Position numbers and translations under genes: made by a program
IMG/VR virus record: IMGVR_UViG_3300034107_000607
Length of the DNA: 64,000 bases
Reading direction: 5' to 3' (one strand)
DNA from: an uncultured virus (IMG/VR IMGVR_UViG_3300034107_000607)
Taxonomy: Duplodnaviria > Heunggongvirae > Uroviricota > Caudoviricetes
Notes under the pieces: model-generated
Told to the model about the DNA's origin: nothing
The model's database searches: none
The model's input: only the letters and a program-made list of their open reading frames with translations
In this document: positions 44,638-56,343 of the stretch, one piece after another
How the letters are laid out: every line of letters begins with the position of its first letter
Numbering within the stretch: the stretch's first letter is position 1

Positions 44638-47600
44638 GTAAGTGCAATCCCCCTATAATCGAGAAGTCTTGGTATTGAACCGATTGGTAATCTTCCGGAT
44701 ACCTCATCAACTATAAATTCTATCTTTACAGCAAATTTTCTATAACCAGAATATTCACCGGAAGTATTGGAATATGTTAATACACCGCCGACCTTTTCAG
44801 TTTCTGGTAATTTATATACAAACTCTTTAAAATCATTAGTATTACTTGTTGATGAATAAACTTCAGCACCTTCAACTAATTCTAATGGTATCCAATCATT
44901 TAGTTCAAATGCAACTGGATCAGAAGCATGTTGAACTTTGACATAAACATTAATACTTGTATTTAAGGGTCTGTATGCTGTAGTGTAGAGAATAAAATCT
45001 TCTGCATCTAGATTTTCAGCCAATTCAATTGTCCGTGAAATATATGCAGAAGTGTTATCTGTATTAGCACCAACTTTATATTGATATGCTAACATAGTAG
45101 CAGTTTCGACATCTACAAATGGTGATGCGGTAGTATTATTTCCATTAGTAAGAGTTAATGTTATGTCAAACGGTTTAACACCATTTGATTTACTGAAAAT
45201 AATACAGCCTTTTTCGTTAAATGTTGTCTTATTATTAAATGGAATATTTCTTGTATATGTCACATCAGTATCTGAAGGATCTGTGAATGTACCAGTCATT
45301 GTAACATCAGTAACACTGTTATTTGTTTTTAATATGATTGGTTGCATGTAACTCAATTCAACATTATCAACTGTTGAAATTGTTGCCGATGCTTCAGTTA
45401 CAAATCCTACAATAGTATCACCAGGAGATAATACCTTAGTTAGACTTGCTGATGAACCTTCGAGTATCATAAGTTCAGGATTTCTATTGGTATAGTAAAC
45501 AATTTTACCTATTACAGCAGGATTTGCAATAAATGATCCGGTAAATTTAGAAGGTTTATCAAATATCATAGCTCCCGACGTAGGAGCTTCTACGATCTTC
45601 ATTAAATCTTTATTTGCGCCACTTTCAACATATACATAGTCATATTGATTGTATGTAGTTGAAAGTGCTGTCCCTGTAGAAGTAGTATTTCCAGCAGAAA
45701 GAGATATCGTATTTGATGTTCCACCGCCGACAGATTTGAGTACGTATACGAGTTCTCCATTTTGGAAGTCACCAGTAATATTTGAAAGAGTCAAGAACTC
45801 GTTATCTTCATTTGTAAGAGTTACAGTTCCAGTTGATTGACTGAATTCTCTTCTATAAAGTGTAAACTTGATGTCTTCATCTTGGTATGACTGCCATGCT
45901 CTATTATTTGTAGAAGTGAATAGAACACCGTCACCCCAGTCCATAACTACAGGAGAATCTGTAATTAGATCAGTTAGACCCACCTTTGAAGTATATATTA
46001 GATAATCAGGATCACCTGCATCAGGCATAATAACAATTGCATATTCTTTTTCAACATCAAGTCTTACAGGTGCTTTGAAGAATACAGATGTTGCAGTCAA
46101 ACCATTATCTGAAATTGCAACATCACTTGCATTTAAGTGCACTTTAGAGAAAGGTATTATTTCCGCAGCTGGATAGCCATTAATGACTTCTCTTAGCATG
46201 ACTGTGACACCGTTGGTAACACTTTTTCTCTTGAAGAACAAGTCAACACGTGAAGCAAAGATACAATCTGCTCCGTTTGCCATTGCAGATTTTATAAAGA
46301 ATGTTTGTGCTAGTGGATCAGAGTTTCCTGTAGTTACTGCTACAGGTCTATTTACTACAGTTCTAGTTGTTGAAGTTTCTGAAACTCTTATTTCAGGTTC
46401 ACGTGTCGTGAGAGTTAGACTTTGCTTATTTACAGAGAAATTATATGCTCTATAAGTAATTGAACCACCAGATGTTCCTGCAGATGATACAGAATCTATA
46501 TTATCAACATCAGATACCAATAGAACTCTATCGCCGACATAGAATGCTGCAGATGGTATTGTGAATATTGCTGCAAGACTACCATTAGAATTTGTAATGA
46601 CACTTGCAACTGTAGTCCCTTTTGCAACTACATCACGAACAGAATCTGATGAAGGAACTAAGCCAGGGATAACACTTGAATTCACATCAATATCATCAAA
46701 GAAGAAATAATGACGTGTATTTGGTCTTAAACCGTGCATCAAGATTTTAACTTCTCTTGATCTCATAAATGGATTGAAGTTGAAGTTTGTAACAAATTCA
46801 CCTAGATTTTGCTCATTAACACGACCTTCGGAAACTTGAAGGGAACGAGTTATATCTTGAATAATATCAGTTTGCTGTGTGCTAACGGTAGTACTTCGAC
46901 CTTTACCTTTGCCTGAAGTTGTTCTTCCAATTTCTTCTATACGTGATTCTAGCAAAGTTGATTGAGTTGAAGTTAATGGTACAAATTCCTGTAGTGCTTC
47001 AGTATATTCAATAAATGGTGTTGCAATGTCAATGTTTATATTTGGAGATGGTGCTGTTACAGTATCATATGCACCATCATATTCTGGAAATAAGAAACCA
47101 GTTCCAATATAGTCATAGAAATTACTTACACAATTTCTAAAGCTTGTTGCATAAGGTTGTGTAATTAACGGTGTGTTAATTGATGTTGCAAGAGTTGCAG
47201 CATCTATTTCTGCACTACTTGGGTGTAATGAAACATTCGAGGATGTTTTATATTTTAGATTAATAGGTATTGTTTTAACAGCAGGTAAAAGTGATTTTTC
47301 TGTAAAATCTAGTGATGCATTAAATTCTGGATTCTTAACATCTGCTATTGATAAATCATTGAATGGATCTACGAGAATACCATTTTTAAATCTAGTAATA
47401 CCAGCTTCATCTGTGATATTTAGATTTTGTGTAGATGCTTCCAATAATGATACGGACATATAGTAGAAAAGTTTACTGATTTTACTGTCAAGATCTCCGA
47501 TTTCTTTCATCGTATATGTTTTCGCGCCCAAAGTCTTGGATTTTATTGCCAATGCTGGTTTATTTTCCTGTGATGCTCTATCAGAAGATATGGCAGGAAA

Positions 47601-49994
47601 CCCGGGTACGTAAATTTCTGAAATGACTAATTTATCGTCACCGATAGTAGGTGACCGAGATTTTCTTGAAGGTTTACCTTTTGTTGCAGAAAATTTACCA
47701 TACGAATCTATTGTTATAATATCAGTTCTATTAAGATAATATTCGTAATCAAGTGTTGCCGCAGAATTAAGCGCTGGTATTAAGAAAGTACCAGTAAACG
47801 TAGGATTTGCACCTACGGCTGTGCTTACAGTAGGAGCTGTTCCCAGTACTTCGGCACTTGCATATGCTACAGTATTTGCTGCATGTGGTCTAAAGTCTAC
47901 ACAATCTCTTAGATTTAATGTTGTGCCAGATGATGTTTTATATGAAGGAATATAACTTAGATCTATTGTATTTGGATAACTATCAACTGTAAAGAAATAT
48001 GATCCTGTTGCAGTACTTACTTTGAATGCTTTTACTCTAATGGTCATAAGACCATTGGCAGGAACTGGGCGACCAGGTATATATTCAATGTATGAAAGAT
48101 CATAGTAATGATCTTGCTGATTTTCTATTAATCTAAAACTATTAGTAACATCATTACTTCCAGAATCTGTTATGCTTACTAATTGATACACATCTGGGAA
48201 ACCAAGACTATATTTTGTTGTTCCAGCAGAGAATGTTGCTTTGACATAAAGTGTTGTATCTAATTTGTCGTATGGTTCTGCAAGTTGTACTCTGGAATTG
48301 TAGTAAATAGTCCCTGTAGCAGCTGGTGTTTGGCCTGCCACTAAATTAATAGTCAATTGAGTTGAACTATCTTTTACAATACTGGATATCTGAAGATTAT
48401 CTTGTGTTGTATCTACAATAAGGGTATCATCGAGTTGAACATTAAAATCTTCACCCGAGAGTGAAGTCAAAGTAAACGTGTCTGCAATATTAGTTAATGC
48501 TCTTGCTTTTCTTACGGGAATACTGATATCTGTTACACTTTTAAGAAATGTTTCACCGACATTAAAAATTGAAGTGTCATTACTTTTCTGTTTTATAGTA
48601 GGAATAATTTTTACAGAACCTGCAGCTCCATCAATAGAAGCTACATCACTAAAATTATTTGCACCCATTCTGATGTTTGAAACATATACTCTATCTGGGG
48701 TAAAGTTTCTTACTCTTACAGTACCAATTGTAGTATTACTAATATTTTTTAGAGAAGCGGTTGCGTATGTTCCAACTGGAAGTGTTCCCATTGAATCTGT
48801 ATTTGCAATATCAACATATGATCCGTAATTGAAAGATACAGGTTGATTTGCTTGTGTCTCAGTATCAGAAAGTTCCAATTGGTCAATAGGAACAAAGATC
48901 TCGCCCTTAGTTTCTATTCTATAGCCTTTGACATATGCTACACCTGGTTCCACTGCTGCCTGTATAGCTCCATTTGCGGTGTTGATAACTTTTGTTTTAA
49001 AGCCGCGCACAATATAATTGCCAGATTCTTCGAATGTACGACGAGCCATTTCCTCACCAAGTACATTATACTGAGAAACGTCTCTAACCTGAACAGCACT
49101 TCCGTTAATATAACGGGCAAGTGTAAAGAATGTAGGATCTCCATCTGCTTCCACGGTTGAAATTGCAATAAGTACAGGTTCTAATTTTAATCTGTTTGCA
49201 CCAGGGGCATTAAAATTAGGTGTACCAATCGAATTATCATAGAGTGTATTATCGGTCAGAGGGCTAATTAAGCTTTCCCTTACTCTATAACCAACTGAAA
49301 TGTTATTTGGTACATTTGTGTACTTTGTTAGTATTACAATTTGTTCTTTGGCATATAAGAAGTGACCTTTTTGATATGTAATACCTATAGCAGATTGTAC
49401 ACCAAATGATTTTCCAACATGATTTGCTCTTGATGTCACTGAAAATTCTGCTACTTTTACACCGACACTTGTTACATCATCAGTTATTGTATATCTATAA
49501 ATTTCTAAAGTTTCATTCTGATCAAAAACTTTTTCTTGTGCTTCGTTTGAATTTAGATAATTAATAAAGAATGTATTTAAATCGGGATCATTAGTTTCAA
49601 AACCAAATGCCGCAGCTATAATCAATGCTTTCAGCCCAGTTATAGCACCTTCAATTTCATAAAATGTTTCAATTCCAGTTTCTGGATCAATCCCACCAAC
49701 AAGTTCATTTACTGTTATTTCTAACAGGGGATTTATGATATTGACCGCAGTATCTGTTACTTTTACATAACTTAATGCTGATAATTCAGTAAAGTTACAC
49801 CCTTTAATAATACTACCTTCTTTAAAGATATTATCACCAAATTGTTCTACTTGATTTTGTAGAATTGTTTGAAGCTGAGTCAGTTCTCTTGCTTGAACTG
49901 CATAACCAGGTCTGAATAAAACTCTATGGTACTGTTTAGTAATATCGTAATCATCATAGTATGGAGACTCATTTAGATTAGTGCGAATTGGCAT
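44634..49994 (-). CDS. Large virion structural protein (VrlC/DUF4815-like)
   Basis: NLN.SPYYDDY...VLFRPG.AVQARELTQLQ, APGA.R, RFKNG..VD.F, DPLAQTF. Confidence 0.85.
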   Translation of the reverse strand: MPIRTNLNESPYYDDYDITKQYHRVLFRPGYAVQARELTQLQTILQNQVEQFGDNIFKEGSIIKGCNFTELSALSYVKVTDTAVNIINPLLEITVNELVGGIDPETGIETFYEIEGAITGLKALIIAAAFGFETNDPDLNTFFINYLNSNEAQEKVFDQNETLEIYRYTITDDVTSVGVKVAEFSVTSRANHVGKSFGVQSAIGITYQKGHFLYAKEQIVILTKYTNVPNNISVGYRVRESLISPLTDNTLYDNSIGTPNFNAPGANRLKLEPVLIAISTVEADGDPTFFTLARYINGSAVQVRDVSQYNVLGEEMARRTFEESGNYIVRGFKTKVINTANGAIQAAVEPGVAYVKGYRIETKGEIFVPIDQLELSDTETQANQPVSFNYGSYVDIANTDSMGTLPVGTYATASLKNISNTTIGTVRVRNFTPDRVYVSNIRMGANNFSDVASIDGAAGSVKIIPTIKQKSNDTSIFNVGETFLKSVTDISIPVRKARALTNIADTFTLTSLSGEDFNVQLDDTLIVDTTQDNLQISSIVKDSSTQLTINLVAGQTPAATGTIYYNSRVQLAEPYDKLDTTLYVKATFSAGTTKYSLGFPDVYQLVSITDSGSNDVTNSFRLIENQQDHYYDLSYIEYIPGRPVPANGLMTIRVKAFKVSTATGSYFFTVDSYPNTIDLSYIPSYKTSSGTTLNLRDCVDFRPHAANTVAYASAEVLGTAPTVSTAVGANPTFTGTFLIPALNSAATLDYEYYLNRTDIITIDSYGKFSATKGKPSRKSRSPTIGDDKLVISEIYVPGFPAISSDRASQENKPALAIKSKTLGAKTYTMKEIGDLDSKISKLFYYMSVSLLEASTQNLNITDEAGITRFKNGILVDPFNDLSIADVKNPEFNASLDFTEKSLLPAVKTIPINLKYKTSSNVSLHPSSAEIDAATLATSINTPLITQPYATSFRNCVSNFYDYIGTGFLFPEYDGAYDTVTAPSPNINIDIATPFIEYTEALQEFVPLTSTQSTLLESRIEEIGRTTSGKGKGRSTTVSTQQTDIIQDITRSLQVSEGRVNEQNLGEFVTNFNFNPFMRSREVKILMHGLRPNTRHYFFFDDIDVNSSVIPGLVPSSDSVRDVVAKGTTVASVITNSNGSLAAIFTIPSAAFYVGDRVLLVSDVDNIDSVSSAGTSGGSITYRAYNFSVNKQSLTLTTREPEIRVSETSTTRTVVNRPVAVTTGNSDPLAQTFFIKSAMANGADCIFASRVDLFFKRKSVTNGVTVMLREVINGYPAAEIIPFSKVHLNASDVAISDNGLTATSVFFKAPVRLDVEKEYAIVIMPDAGDPDYLIYTSKVGLTDLITDSPVVMDWGDGVLFTSTNNRAWQSYQDEDIKFTLYRREFSQSTGTVTLTNEDNEFLTLSNITGDFQNGELVYVLKSVGGGTSNTISLSAGNTTSTGTALSTTYNQYDYVYVESGANKDLMKIVEAPTSGAMIFDKPSKFTGSFIANPAVIGKIVYYTNRNPELMILEGSSASLTKVLSPGDTIVGFVTEASATISTVDNVELSYMQPIILKTNNSVTDVTMTGTFTDPSDTDVTYTRNIPFNNKTTFNEKGCIIFSKSNGVKPFDITLTLTNGNNTTASPFVDVETATMLAYQYKVGANTDNTSAYISRTIELAENLDAEDFILYTTAYRPLNTSINVYVKVQHASDPVAFELNDWIPLELVEGAEVYSSTSNTNDFKEFVYKLPETEKVGGVLTYSNTSGEYSGYRKFAVKIEFIVDEVSGRLPIGSIPRLLDYRGIALT

Positions 49995-50003
49995 TTTTTA
50001 TCC

Positions 50004-51791
50004 TTAAAATTCTAATACGATCTTATATTCTTCATTCGAAGTAGTTGTTCGAGTGATCGGAACAAAATTAGTTACATAATATACATCCCCAGTTTTCTGG
50101 ATGTAATTCGGTCTTATAATGTTATTTATATTCAATATCTGATTTTGAGATGATATAATAGAACTCTTTATGTTTATTGGAATATCTTCATATCCTTCTG
50201 CAGAACTGTTTGCAGAAGGATACGTTCTATATGGTCCGTGATAATTACACAAATATGCTATATTTCCATCAACAGCATGAACTTCAGAGGAAAATGAAAT
50301 AGGTTGTTGATAACTTTGAGTCACAGTTTCACCAACAGTTAAAATGCTTGAACTAAGTGTAAGTTTTAATCTGTTATCAAATAAATCTGTATTAGATGTA
50401 AATTCTGGATTTTTTACAATACCTATTCTAGTATACACATTTGATGATGGTATAGTTATATTATCAGTATCAGTTAAAGATGTATATACATGTGCTCTTC
50501 TAGATAGTAATTCAGTTTCAAAATTATAACCATGCCCATTTTTAGGTGATAAAATAGGTCTTAATATTGCTTCAACATCAGTTGATAATGCTGATACAGT
50601 ATCAAACCCATAAAGAGGTGTTACTATTCTTGCTGTTGCACGTGTATAACCACTACCTTTATTTAGAATTAATATAGTTTCTATTGTACCTAGACTGTTT
50701 ATTTTGGGCACAGCTTCTGCACCAGTACCATCCCCCGCTATTTCAATTTTAGGGAAAATTTCAAAATCAAAATTAATATCAATAAACGAATCTTTATCTA
50801 AAAGTGTGATAATTGCTTTTTTGGTAGATTCGTTATAACTATATGTATCTATAGTATATGTATTTGCATAATTATTTGTATCTATAACATAAAAGGTCTG
50901 GCCGGAATAATAATTAGCTAAAGGATTTAAATCTAGCTTAGGTGATGATATTGTAATATTAGTTTCACCGACTTCTTCTATTATTCCAGATCTTAATTCA
51001 TATCCTTTATTTAAATCATAATTTTCAACTTCAATGTGATCAATGGATCGCTTATTAACGAGCCCATTTTTTACAACACATTCACCTTGTGATGTTATTT
51101 GATACGATCCAGTTTCAGTACCGCTAATTGTAAATGAAGTAATTGATGCGGCAGTAATCACTCTATCAGTAACATTAAATTGATTTGGTATAATACCTTT
51201 TACAGTTACAATCATACCAGGTTTAAAAATATTGTCCGCGAAATATGTAATTGCAGTTCCCGTTGCAACAACGTTTGTAATTACAGCAGTGGGATACACG
51301 ATTGGAAAATATTGAAGTGCGGAATATTTTTGGTATTCTACAGTAGATATCACGTACATAAATTTCCAAACATAACCATCACCCATTCTATAAATTTGTT
51401 CATCTGTATCTGGATCATAATTTGGTGGATTGAAAGATTTAGCACCATGATCATTTGAAAGACACTTGTACACTCTATAATCGCCAGTACTATTATCAGT
51501 AGGATAGACTATTGCATAGAATTTTTTATCTGATAGATCTGATTTATCATCGTACTTTTCATAAATTAAACCAGATTGCCATCTATTATTATCTATCATA
51601 AAGAATACTTCATCGGGGTTTATTTTTTTACCAAAAAGTGTATTCTCTAAAAATTCATTTATATAATACTCGGAATCATTTGTCTGTGTTATTTGTGTAG
51701 AAGAAACAAAAACATAGTAATCTGAATCTATAAAATCTTGCTTGAAATCTGTAACATTACTTGTCTTAAATTTATTTGTTATAATTGACAT
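50004..51791 (-). CDS. gp8: Baseplate wedge subunit gp8-like
   Basis: W.SG.IY..YDD, YRVYKCL.N, DGY.WKFMY.I, P..GHG, C-terminal E.YKIVLEF. Confidence 0.8.
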   Translation of the reverse strand: MSIITNKFKTSNVTDFKQDFIDSDYYVFVSSTQITQTNDSEYYINEFLENTLFGKKINPDEVFFMIDNNRWQSGLIYEKYDDKSDLSDKKFYAIVYPTDNSTGDYRVYKCLSNDHGAKSFNPPNYDPDTDEQIYRMGDGYVWKFMYVISTVEYQKYSALQYFPIVYPTAVITNVVATGTAITYFADNIFKPGMIVTVKGIIPNQFNVTDRVITAASITSFTISGTETGSYQITSQGECVVKNGLVNKRSIDHIEVENYDLNKGYELRSGIIEEVGETNITISSPKLDLNPLANYYSGQTFYVIDTNNYANTYTIDTYSYNESTKKAIITLLDKDSFIDINFDFEIFPKIEIAGDGTGAEAVPKINSLGTIETILILNKGSGYTRATARIVTPLYGFDTVSALSTDVEAILRPILSPKNGHGYNFETELLSRRAHVYTSLTDTDNITIPSSNVYTRIGIVKNPEFTSNTDLFDNRLKLTLSSSILTVGETVTQSYQQPISFSSEVHAVDGNIAYLCNYHGPYRTYPSANSSAEGYEDIPINIKSSIISSQNQILNINNIIRPNYIQKTGDVYYVTNFVPITRTTTSNEEYKIVLEF

Positions 51792-51798
51792 TTTTCCC

Positions 51799-54126
51799 TC
51801 AAGTGTTTCTTATTATAGAAAATCTAGCAGTAGTATTTACCTTTGCCTCGTCTTTTAAAACAAATTTTCCAAATATTTTTGTTCCTGCAAGATGTGATAC
51901 TTCAGTAAGAGTAGATTTATAGGTATTTATATCCGTTTGTGACTGTATCTCGTATGAATATTCTTGGTAATAGTCACTATCTTGAAGTACCTTTCCGCTT
52001 TGGAAATTTAAGTGCGATTCCTTCGAGGACCATCTACCTTCAATTCTACCTTGGCCTCTTGCATTTGCCACACCAACCGCAAGTACATCTCCAAAATCAT
52101 CGGTAATAGTTACTTCTTCTTTATCGCCATAACCATATCCAGAATTTGTTACTTCAACATTTAATATTTTTCCTACAGCAAATTCGGTAATTGCATTAAT
52201 ATTAGCATTAAATCCAATTGGTGCCGAACTATAATCTCTACTGATACTTAGAACATTAAAATTATTTCCATTGAATGTAATGGGATTACTTGTAAATCCA
52301 TAATAAGAATAAGGAAGTACAAATATGGTATTTTCAACAATTTTAATTATTTTCCCAGAAATTTCCGATGGGCCGCTACCTTGTGTTATAATACTTCCGA
52401 CTTCAAGTGTTGCGGATATAGTTTCCAATGTGATAATCTGATTATATACATCAAAATTTTTCATAACTGGATCATATGCAACAGCAAATACTTTATTCTT
52501 ATAATCTGTTCCTGGCTTTATGTTTATGAACTTTTTGATTGAACCAATAGTAAATGGTTCCAAATTAAATGCTTCGTTTAATGGAGTATTAGCATCAACT
52601 GGATCGGTATTACCGCTCATTACAGTTAATGCGGGTGGATCATTATAGTTTACTGAATCGAGTTGTACATCTAAGAAATTGCCAATTATATCTACAATAA
52701 GAGATACAGTTTCTTCATTATCTAATTCATTTAATTTAACCGAAAGTATTTCTGTGTTTGCTGTTTCTGGATATAAAGGCCCCGGAGAAGAATCATTTTT
52801 AGGTGTTACTAGATCAAAATAGTAAATGTCATTATCACTAAAATAATTATTAGCTGTTTTATTTACAATTATAATATTAGGACTATCTATTATGATTTCA
52901 GCACCTGATATCACTATAGTATTGTCTACTGCTCTTGTGGTTGTAATAACGGAATTGGAAGTAAATTGCATCCCCTCATCCATTTTTATACCAAAAATGG
53001 TTTCGTTCCCGCCTATTACTTTACCAACATTACCGAATTGGTCTTGTACGGTTTCCAATACTACCAAGTCGTCAATTAAATCTGGTGATTCAGTAGTAAA
53101 CTTAAATGGAAATATAATTTGATTTGACACCAGCAATAATGTATTTTCTTCTGTGTAACCAAATCCAGTTTCTAAAAACTCATAAGTTATTTCACCACTG
53201 ATTGTTTGTGAAACATCTGTAACTATTGCTTTGCCGCCGCGGGCGCCTGCATAAGTTACGTTTACTAAGTCTCCAATTTCATTTCCGGTTGTTGCCCTAG
53301 GATCAGTTTGATTTATATTGACAGAATCCAATGATCCATATACTATTCCAAAATTTACAATAGTTCCATCTATGATACTGAATATGTCATCGTACCCTAT
53401 AAAGTTACCTTTTACACTACTCAAAAATAAAATAGGTATTAGGGCATTATTTACAAGTGTAAATGAAATTCTATTGACAATACCTTCGGCTTTGGAAATA
53501 GATCCGTATATAGATCGCCCTGTTAAATCTTTAAGTTCTGTTATTTCTTTTGGATAAAGTTGTAAAAATATGCCTTGATTCCAAGATGAGGTAGAAGGTT
53601 TTAATATAGCCTCTGAAGGATAATATATTTCAATATTTTCATTATAAAATAATCTAAAGAAGAGTTCGACACCATCAGGTGTGCCTCGTCTTCGATATAG
53701 ATCAAGAATATTTTTTACAATAAATCGTGTATTGTTACCATCTAATTGCAGATCTTTCATATACTTATTTTTAAAGAATATTACCATATCTTCAAGAGTA
53801 TTATCTATATCTCTAAATTCAAATAATCTTCTGTTATTATAAACACTTTGATTTTTATCTTCTTTTAACACTAAATTAGAATATGAAGGTATCTTTTTTA
53901 GATCAAAAAGTCTTTGTTCTGCATCTTTTCTTATCTTGAATTTTTCTGAAAATGTTTGGCTTACTCCATCTACTATTTTAGTACCCTGTACATAAAATGC
54001 AGAAACATCTGTTTCCAAAAATTCATAATAGTATTTTATCAGTGCTACTAATTCAGTACCTTCCTCTCTAAAGAGCGAAGGGAATTGTTTTTCTATCTGA
54101 TATGCTATAAATTTTTCAATATCCAT
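51799..54126 (-). CDS. Baseplate wedge subunit gp7-like
   Basis: IKYYYEFLE, I.DLY...GT....LFFRLFYNE, LQDSDYYQEYSY, H.AG.K.FG; lies between gp6 and gp8. Confidence 0.7.
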   Translation of the reverse strand: MDIEKFIAYQIEKQFPSLFREEGTELVALIKYYYEFLETDVSAFYVQGTKIVDGVSQTFSEKFKIRKDAEQRLFDLKKIPSYSNLVLKEDKNQSVYNNRRLFEFRDIDNTLEDMVIFFKNKYMKDLQLDGNNTRFIVKNILDLYRRRGTPDGVELFFRLFYNENIEIYYPSEAILKPSTSSWNQGIFLQLYPKEITELKDLTGRSIYGSISKAEGIVNRISFTLVNNALIPILFLSSVKGNFIGYDDIFSIIDGTIVNFGIVYGSLDSVNINQTDPRATTGNEIGDLVNVTYAGARGGKAIVTDVSQTISGEITYEFLETGFGYTEENTLLLVSNQIIFPFKFTTESPDLIDDLVVLETVQDQFGNVGKVIGGNETIFGIKMDEGMQFTSNSVITTTRAVDNTIVISGAEIIIDSPNIIIVNKTANNYFSDNDIYYFDLVTPKNDSSPGPLYPETANTEILSVKLNELDNEETVSLIVDIIGNFLDVQLDSVNYNDPPALTVMSGNTDPVDANTPLNEAFNLEPFTIGSIKKFINIKPGTDYKNKVFAVAYDPVMKNFDVYNQIITLETISATLEVGSIITQGSGPSEISGKIIKIVENTIFVLPYSYYGFTSNPITFNGNNFNVLSISRDYSSAPIGFNANINAITEFAVGKILNVEVTNSGYGYGDKEEVTITDDFGDVLAVGVANARGQGRIEGRWSSKESHLNFQSGKVLQDSDYYQEYSYEIQSQTDINTYKSTLTEVSHLAGTKIFGKFVLKDEAKVNTTARFSIIRNT

Positions 54127-55913
54127 TATGAAGAAACCTCGTTAAAGATTATTCTAATATCTTCATCTCTTAATTGAAGAAGTCTATTTTTTGGAGCAAT
54201 AATATCCGCTTCTTTCTTTCTTGCGAATATTTTAATAGCAGAACCTGAATAATCATCCGTAGTAAAATTAACTAATCTTAAAGTACCAGTTGTGTAGTCT
54301 ACTGTACCAGCACTTGCATTCAATACTCTGGTATTTATAGTATCGCTGGTAATAATCTGTATGATACCAGAACCATTATCTTGTAATAGCGCACATATAC
54401 CATTGTAAGAGAATATAGAACTTGCAATAGTAGGTTTAAAATCTGCAAAACCGGATGAATTTACGAACGGGTATGGTTTTATAAGTGGAGATCCAAATTT
54501 AAATGTCGGGTTCTGTGGTAATAGTAGCGGAGGTGAATATTCAATAATAGCTCTTAATTCAAGACTATTACTTAGTATTGCATCATCTACATCATCTATC
54601 AGTGCCATTAATTTTGAAGTTCGGAGAGTAGCACCAAATGCACTTAAATTAACTGTATCATAATCAAACATTACTTTTCTGATTAAATTTTCTAATTCAC
54701 TTTCAGTTCTATTTGTCTGCTTATATGAGTAATATATGTTGACCAAAGCGTCGACATACATAAATTCTGGACTTACAAATATAGGTTCAATGGTCAATGG
54801 AGTTTTATCAATGAGATATCTTTTAAACTCATTCTTTCTACTTTCCGAAAGATCATTTGTACCTTCGAGCACTACAGAAATAGCAACCTTTCCAAATTGT
54901 GGTGGTTCAAGATTCTCGCCACCATAAACAGAAACTGCCTGTATTTCATTGTATTTTTGTTTAAGCAAGATCTCATAATCTTTAGTTGTAACAGCTCTTT
55001 CTTGAATTTGAATAGAACGGGGAGCAAAGAAACGAATACTTTCAAGTGTTTCTTTAGGTGCACCACCAGCTGCAGCTTGAATTGTTTCTACTCTCACACC
55101 AGTTTTAAATGATGTTGCAAATTTAGATGCGCCATTTGAAGCATCTTCATTACACACACGATATTCAATTTGTATCTTTTCATCTGGGCTTGGTTGTAAA
55201 CCAAATGTATTTCTACCAAAAACTACAGCATATCTATCGTCAAAGTATGGTTCGATATAGAATACACGATCTGTTGGTTCAACACCAAATATGTCTGTTT
55301 TATATGTATATTGCAATTCATTATCATCAGTGCTTACTGCTACTGATAAAATATCAACATTTTCACTTGATAATACGCACTTGAATGCTGTGTCTTCTAC
55401 AAAATAACCTTCAGTTTCAAAGTTTGTAAATATTTCACCTTCAAAAATTTCAACTTGATCCGCTACGTAGGTTGCAGTTAAACCATCGGCAGATACAGCA
55501 GTTTTTCTTGCAAGGAAAACTTGTGCAGTTACAAAGTTAAAAGAATTACCATTAGATGAAGATGTAAATTTAGTTCCCTTTGGAATTGTAACGGTACTTG
55601 CTCCATTGGTATCTGTAAATGTCACTCTTACAATTGCCTTGGCAGAAGTAGAAGATTTTGGCAAATAGTTAAGTTCTTTTGCGTGAGACACAATAGAATT
55701 TTTTAATTGTGCAGTATCAAGGAACATTTCTGATAATGCCATATTTGTATAAAAGTTATTCTGAAACGTATTATATGCTAATACATCCAATAGAATAGAC
55801 ATGTTTGAGCCTTCAAAGTTATAGTCTTTAAAAGATGTCTGTGTTTTTAAATATGTTTTAAATTGTTCTTTAATCGCAAAGAAATCAAGTTCAGTAATAG
55901 GTGTCTTTGCCAT
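54126..55913 (-). CDS. gp6: Baseplate wedge subunit gp6
   Basis: ELDF..IK, DYNFEGS.MS.LLDVLAYNT, E.FLDTAQL, Q.RAVT..DY, G.VDY.TG. Confidence 0.92.
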   Translation of the reverse strand: MAKTPITELDFFAIKEQFKTYLKTQTSFKDYNFEGSNMSILLDVLAYNTFQNNFYTNMALSEMFLDTAQLKNSIVSHAKELNYLPKSSTSAKAIVRVTFTDTNGASTVTIPKGTKFTSSSNGNSFNFVTAQVFLARKTAVSADGLTATYVADQVEIFEGEIFTNFETEGYFVEDTAFKCVLSSENVDILSVAVSTDDNELQYTYKTDIFGVEPTDRVFYIEPYFDDRYAVVFGRNTFGLQPSPDEKIQIEYRVCNEDASNGASKFATSFKTGVRVETIQAAAGGAPKETLESIRFFAPRSIQIQERAVTTKDYEILLKQKYNEIQAVSVYGGENLEPPQFGKVAISVVLEGTNDLSESRKNEFKRYLIDKTPLTIEPIFVSPEFMYVDALVNIYYSYKQTNRTESELENLIRKVMFDYDTVNLSAFGATLRTSKLMALIDDVDDAILSNSLELRAIIEYSPPLLLPQNPTFKFGSPLIKPYPFVNSSGFADFKPTIASSIFSYNGICALLQDNGSGIIQIITSDTINTRVLNASAGTVDYTTGTLRLVNFTTDDYSGSAIKIFARKKEADIIAPKNRLLQLRDEDIRIIFNEVSS

Positions 55914-55914
55914 T

Positions 55915-56343
55915 TTATCTTACTCTTTCCAAAATAAACTCTACTTGAATTGGCTCTTCTCTATTTCTAAGAGCATAAATTATCTTTATTACTACTCTAT
56001 TGTCGTCTATTAAACTATAAACTTCAACTGAAATTAATTCTACTCTTGGTTCATAGTTATTTATGGTACTTTTAAGTTGTTCTTGAATTAATTTTATAGT
56101 AGCGGGACTATTTAATTCAAAAAGCATTGCTTTAATATTGCCACCAAATGATGGTCGGAATAGTTTTTCACCTTTATCCATTAATATAATATTTTTAAGA
56201 GACTCTTTAATTGCCTCTTCATCTGTTTTAAGTGCAAGATCATTAGAAAATGGATTTGTAGTCAGATCTTTGTGAAAATCTGCGTATACTGTTTCTATTT
56301 TTCTTGTTCTTGGTGTGATTCTAGTCTGAGGTATTATTGCCAT
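55915..56343 (-). CDS. gp25: Baseplate wedge subunit gp25
   Basis: AIKESLKNI...GEKLF.P.FG, NYEPRV. Confidence 0.9.
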   Translation of the reverse strand: MAIIPQTRITPRTRKIETVYADFHKDLTTNPFSNDLALKTDEEAIKESLKNIILMDKGEKLFRPSFGGNIKAMLFELNSPATIKLIQEQLKSTINNYEPRVELISVEVYSLIDDNRVVIKIIYALRNREEPIQVEFILERVR